From NCBI GenBank assembly GCA_037447605.1, contig CM074822.1, positions 1,759,492 through 1,823,491 of the forward strand: DNA of 64,000 nt, given 5' to 3'. Below the pieces are notes generated by a model. The model was not told the DNA's origin, searched no databases, and saw only the letters and a program-made list of their open reading frames with translations. Of this stretch, positions 63,969 to 64,000 are shown piece after piece (within the stretch, counting starts at the first letter, position 1; each line of letters opens with the position of its first letter). A program made the position numbers and the translations under genes. Source of the stretch: Zygnema circumcarinatum SAG 698-1b (lineage: Eukaryota > Plantae > Zygnematophyceae).

Positions 63969-64000
63969 TCTACGGCTCGACGTCTCTCTTCTTTTGGGCA

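Noticed and set aside
1-64000. CRISPR arrays, rRNA/tRNA genes, transposase or reverse-transcriptase ORFs
   Set aside because: No repeat-spacer pattern, cloverleaf, rRNA signature or TE coding motif was recognised by eye; a covariance-model scan was not possible.

Overview
Intron-rich eukaryotic nuclear DNA from a green-lineage organism. Gene content (LQY1, plant-type SPX, EPHS-type DGAT2, MEE22-like) and divergence from angiosperm sequences suggest a streptophyte alga or seed-free plant; this is inferred, not proven. Twelve spliced genes can be rebuilt from GT/GC-AG sites: a head-to-head DGAT2 pair, a secreted 11S/legumin-like bicupin, an unannotated 73-aa three-exon microprotein, an ABCC/MRP transporter, an SPX protein, LQY1, CCT8, mitochondrial ATP synthase gamma, a plastid-type membrane protein, an F-box/kelch protein and a MEE22/EMB1611-like gene. 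Non-coding features include a 197-bp hAT-type MITE with an 8-bp TSD, interstitial (CCCTAA)n tracts, a (TTTGCAG)n satellite and many purine/pyrimidine tracts. The most notable hypothesis is that the first 30 kb cluster oil synthesis, storage protein, a possible phytate transporter and a phosphate sensor, with RY/G-box/CCAAT elements, like a seed-maturation reserve module in an apparently seedless lineage. Homology calls come from remembered motifs, not database searches.
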